A stretch of 64,000 nucleotides of DNA from Podarcis liolepis. Its lineage: Eukaryota. This document shows positions 63,590 to 64,000 of the stretch, piece by piece. The notes beneath the pieces were generated by a model. That model saw only the letters and a list, made by a program, of their open reading frames with translations. It was not told the DNA's origin and did no database searches. The position numbers and the translations under genes were made by a program. The DNA is taken from the NCBI GenBank assembly GCA_965112155.1, contig OZ218098.1; one strand, given 5' to 3'. Every line of letters begins with the position of its first letter. Positions within the stretch are counted from its first letter, which is position 1.

Positions 63590-63635
63590 CCGGGATTTCA
63601 AAGGTGGAATTGACGTCAGGAAATTTCCGTAAGGC
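63590..63635. promoter_or_regulatory. Composite CRE + NF-kB motif
   Basis: TGACGTCA (63611-63618) directly followed by GGAAATTTCC (63619-63628). Confidence 0.4.
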
Positions 63636-64000
63636 TGTGATTTCTCCTGGATCTTAGACAAGTAAATAAAAAAAATCACGTTTTTGGATGTTTTTGTAAA
63701 AAAAAATAAACCTCAACAACTTCCGAGTGTTGCTTTAAAAAGCTCAACTTTTGGGGTGCCCTGGTCCTCAGCCGGGCATCGAGAGCATCAAGGTCAAGAT
63801 ATACCCCAAATCTTGAGCTAACACTGAACCTCAGCACATTCAACCCCAACCCATTTTAATCCACTCTTGAGTGTACTTAGAAGTCATGCTCTGTGATCTG
63901 AATGTATCTATCCCTTCCTAACATGCTAGGAAGACTTGGGGACTCTCTAGGATTCAGTTCTTGGAATACTGGAGGGTTAGGTGTGAGAGGGGGGGAGAGA

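Overview
Eukaryotic, AT-rich, apparently non-coding DNA from a squamate reptile, most likely a lacertid lizard. This is inferred from the repeat content: tRNA-derived squamate SINEs, decayed L2 and CR1 LINEs, and Tc1/mariner-type, hAT-type and PIF/Harbinger-type MITEs. I find no intact protein-coding gene, structural RNA gene or CRISPR array. Every ORF with recognisable homology is a dead LINE fragment. The window reads like a large intron or gene desert of a developmental regulator. Repeat-rich stretches alternate with repeat-poor, CpG-retaining, motif-dense blocks that resemble conserved non-coding elements (CNEs). Seven N-runs of 132-308 nt mostly sit within such unique sequence and may be masked highly conserved elements rather than ordinary assembly gaps. 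Other notable structures are an 88-bp tandem array of long palindromes with compensatory changes (59.9-60.1 kb), an inverted pair of young MITEs 1.2 kb apart, three nested insertions with visible target-site duplications (TSDs), a (CA)22-CCCC-(TG)15 fold-back and an abutting CRE/NF-kB palindrome pair. Locus identity and all regulatory calls are inference and need alignment to confirm.
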